From: Nitrospirota bacterium | GTDB taxonomy: Bacteria > Nitrospirota > UBA9217 | Reading direction: 5' to 3' | Assembly: GCA_963754875.1 (NCBI GenBank) | Contig: CAVWHO010000019.1 | Span: forward strand, 1 to 64,000 | DNA length: 64,000 bases | In this document: one piece after another, positions 61,832 to 64,000 of the stretch | Numbering within the stretch: the first letter of the stretch is position 1 | Layout of the letters: each line of letters starts with the position of its first letter | Translations under genes and position numbers: made by a program | Notes under the pieces: model-generated | Databases searched by the model: none | Told to the model about the DNA's origin: nothing | What the model saw: the letters and a program-made list of their open reading frames with translations, nothing else

Positions 61832-62845
61832 ATGATCATCGTTGTAAGACCCGATGCGACCGAAGAGCAGGTCGACCACATTATTAAAAAGATTAAGGAC
61901 CATGGTTTGCAGGCTCACGTTTCCAAGGGTACGGAACGGACGATCATCGGCGCGATCGGCGACGAGGCGATCCTGCAGAGCCTGCCGCTTGAAGCCATCC
62001 CCGGCGTCGAGAAGGTGCTCCCGATCCTGAAGCCTTTCAAGCTGGCAAGCTGGGAGTTTAGAAAAGAAAAAACGGTCATCACGGTGGGCGGTCAGAAGAT
62101 CGGCGGGAAGCGGATCGCGGTCATGGCCGGTCCCTGCGCCGTAGAAAACAAAGCACTCCTCATCGAGATCGCGAAAGAGGTCAAGAACGCCGGGGCAAAT
62201 TTCATCCGCGGCGGCGCGTTCAAGCCGCGTACTTCACCGTATGCCTTCCAGGGGCTCGAAGAAGAGGGGCTCAAGTATCTTGCCGAGGCGCGCGACCGCG
62301 TGGGTCTGCCGATCGTAACCGAGGTGATGGATCCCCGGGACATCGATATGATCGTGAAATACGCCGATGTGCTCCAGATCGGCGCTCGGAACATGCAGAA
62401 CTTCCGGCTGCTCAAAGAAGTGGGGTTGTGCAAGAAGCCCGTGCTCCTGAAACGCGGAATATCGGCCACGATCAAGGAATGGCTCATGTCGGCCGAGTAC
62501 ATCATGGCCGGCGGCAATCACAACGTGATCCTGTGCGAGCGCGGCATCCGCACCTACGAGACTGCGACGCGGAACACGCTCGATCTCTCTGCGATCCCGG
62601 TCTTAAAACAGATGACGCATTTGCCGGTCATTGTTGATCCCAGCCATGCAGTGGGCAAATGGGACCTCGTGGCGCCCATGGCAAAGGCGGCGGTGGCGGC
62701 CGGTGCCGACGGCCTCATCATCGAGGTGCACTCGAACCCCGAAGAAGCGCTCTGCGACGGCGAACAGTCGCTGAAACCCAAGAGCTTCAAACAGCTGATG
62801 GAAGAAATGAAACCTATTGCCGCGGCAGTAGGAAGAGAAATCTGA
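61832..62845 (+). CDS. aroF: DAHP synthase (type I-beta, N-terminal ACT-like domain)
   Basis: [42 protein letters not shown]. Confidence 0.95.
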   Translation: MIIVVRPDATEEQVDHIIKKIKDHGLQAHVSKGTERTIIGAIGDEAILQSLPLEAIPGVEKVLPILKPFKLASWEFRKEKTVITVGGQKIGGKRIAVMAGPCAVENKALLIEIAKEVKNAGANFIRGGAFKPRTSPYAFQGLEEEGLKYLAEARDRVGLPIVTEVMDPRDIDMIVKYADVLQIGARNMQNFRLLKEVGLCKKPVLLKRGISATIKEWLMSAEYIMAGGNHNVILCERGIRTYETATRNTLDLSAIPVLKQMTHLPVIVDPSHAVGKWDLVAPMAKAAVAAGADGLIIEVHSNPEEALCDGEQSLKPKSFKQLMEEMKPIAAAVGREI

Positions 62846-62858
62846 CGAATACGGAATT

Positions 62859-62901
62859 CACCCTGCACTCGCGCCAGGCACTCGTAACCGCTGGGCGCAA
62901 G
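62859..62901. repeat. ~44-nt miniature element, copy 2
   Basis: caccctgcactcgcgccaggcactcgtaaccgctgggcgcaag. Confidence 0.75.
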
Positions 62902-62925
62902 CGGAATGCAGTGTGCGGAGTATTA

Positions 62926-62949
62926 GCAGTCGCAGGCGTTAGCCTGCGT
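62926..62949 (+). repeat. REP-like hairpin
   Basis: A GCAG tetranucleotide followed by cgcaggc-gtta-gcctgcg. Confidence 0.45.
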
Positions 62950-63059
62950 TGAAAATATGATGGCCAAAGGGAATGGATCGTTTAATCAAGAAGACTGTAC
63001 TAATATCCTCTTATTCCCTTAATTCTACTCCTTGCATCGTCTTATATCAGTAAATAATT

Positions 63060-63920
63060 ATGATTCACTTTAATAAAGTCACCATCATCGGCGTAGGGCT
63101 TATCGGCGGTTCTCTTGCCAAGGTCCTCAAGACCTCCGGACTGGCCGGTTCGATCACAGGTTCGGGCAGGAGCAAGGAAACGCTCGAACTGGCGCTCCGG
63201 CTAGGTGTAATCGACCAAATAGGGCAGGGGCCCAAGCATGCCGTCGAAGGGGCTGACCTCGTGGTGCTTGCATCGCCGGTCGGAACTTTCGAGGACGTCG
63301 TGCGCGAGATCGGGCCGTACCTGAAAACAGGCGCAATCCTTACCGATGTGGGGAGCGTCAAGGGTAAACTGGTGCACAGGATCGAGGAAATCCTTCCCAC
63401 GGGAATTTACTTCGTGCCGGGACACCCAATAGCGGGTAAGGAAAAATTCGGCGTATCCGAAGCAACCGAGACGCTGTTCCGGGGTGCTAAGTGCATTCTG
63501 ACTCCGACGGACAGAACCGAAAATGCCGCCGTCGATGCTCTCCGGGAGGTCTGGACCAAAGCTGGCGCGAATGTGATTATCATGGATCCGGACCTGCACG
63601 ATACGATATTTGCCGCCGTGAGTCACATGCCTCACGTCGCTGCTTTTGCCATGATGTGCGCAGTGGCTGAGTTGAACACGGGGACTGAAAATTACCTCAA
63701 TTTTTCCGGAGCGGGGTTCAAGGATTTTACACGTATAGCCGCGAGTTCACCGGAGATCTGGAGTGATATCTGCCTCATGAACCGGGATAATATTGTCCAT
63801 ATGCTCGACCGGTTCCTCTTCTCGCTGAACCGGCTAAAGCGGGACCTGGTCGCGAATGATGCCAAAAATTTCGAAAAGCATCTTAAGATCGCGAGCGATG
63901 CGAGACGAGGTTTGGGCTAG
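63060..63920 (+). CDS. tyrA: Prephenate/arogenate dehydrogenase
   Basis: IIGVGLIGGS, TDVGSVK, HPIAGKE, HD...A..SHMPH, GFKDFTRIAAS. Confidence 0.95.
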   Translation: MIHFNKVTIIGVGLIGGSLAKVLKTSGLAGSITGSGRSKETLELALRLGVIDQIGQGPKHAVEGADLVVLASPVGTFEDVVREIGPYLKTGAILTDVGSVKGKLVHRIEEILPTGIYFVPGHPIAGKEKFGVSEATETLFRGAKCILTPTDRTENAAVDALREVWTKAGANVIIMDPDLHDTIFAAVSHMPHVAAFAMMCAVAELNTGTENYLNFSGAGFKDFTRIAASSPEIWSDICLMNRDNIVHMLDRFLFSLNRLKRDLVANDAKNFEKHLKIASDARRGLG

Positions 63921-63923
63921 CCG

Positions 63924-64000
63924 ATGTCGGATCTCGTCATAAAGCCGTCGTCCGGACTCCGCGGTACGATCATGCTGCCGGGAGACAAGTCACTTTCTCA
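63924..64000 (+). CDS. aroA: EPSP synthase, 5' fragment (runs off the window)
   Basis: MSDLVIKPSSGLRGTIMLPGDKSLS carries the PGDKS.S motif and directly follows tyrA. Confidence 0.85.
   Translation, partial: MSDLVIKPSSGLRGTIMLPGDKSLS

Overview
This is a chromosomal window from an anaerobic-type Gram-negative bacterium. The gene content and the pheA-hisC-aroF-tyrA-aroA order are compatible with Nitrospirota or Deltaproteobacteria, which is an inference. The window opens with an IS630-family element, followed by a DUF1646 membrane gene and two divergent P-II paralogues behind a sigma-54 promoter. Next is a ~7.8 kb minus-strand metal-uptake island: outer-membrane barrel, ZnuABC-like ABC transporter, solitary CbiM-like S component, TlpA and a second barrel. 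Each of its two apparent transcription units starts with a short DUF2946-like secreted leader ORF ending in an R(G)PP ribosome-arrest-type motif; this is the most interesting system seen. The rest holds many signalling genes (hybrid kinase, two GGDEF-EAL proteins, REC-PilZ, PAS/Zn-finger), a DUF2844/DUF3443 pair whose larger partner looks like a pepsin-like lipoprotein, glgB and glgC, an ASKHA/DUF4445 activator, and the aromatic amino acid operon. Several families of small intergenic palindromic elements are present, including a ~44-nt element seen twice. About a dozen genes carry single-base frameshifts, most likely long-read assembly errors, so broken genes should not be taken as true pseudogenes. 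No rRNA, tRNA or CRISPR array was found.
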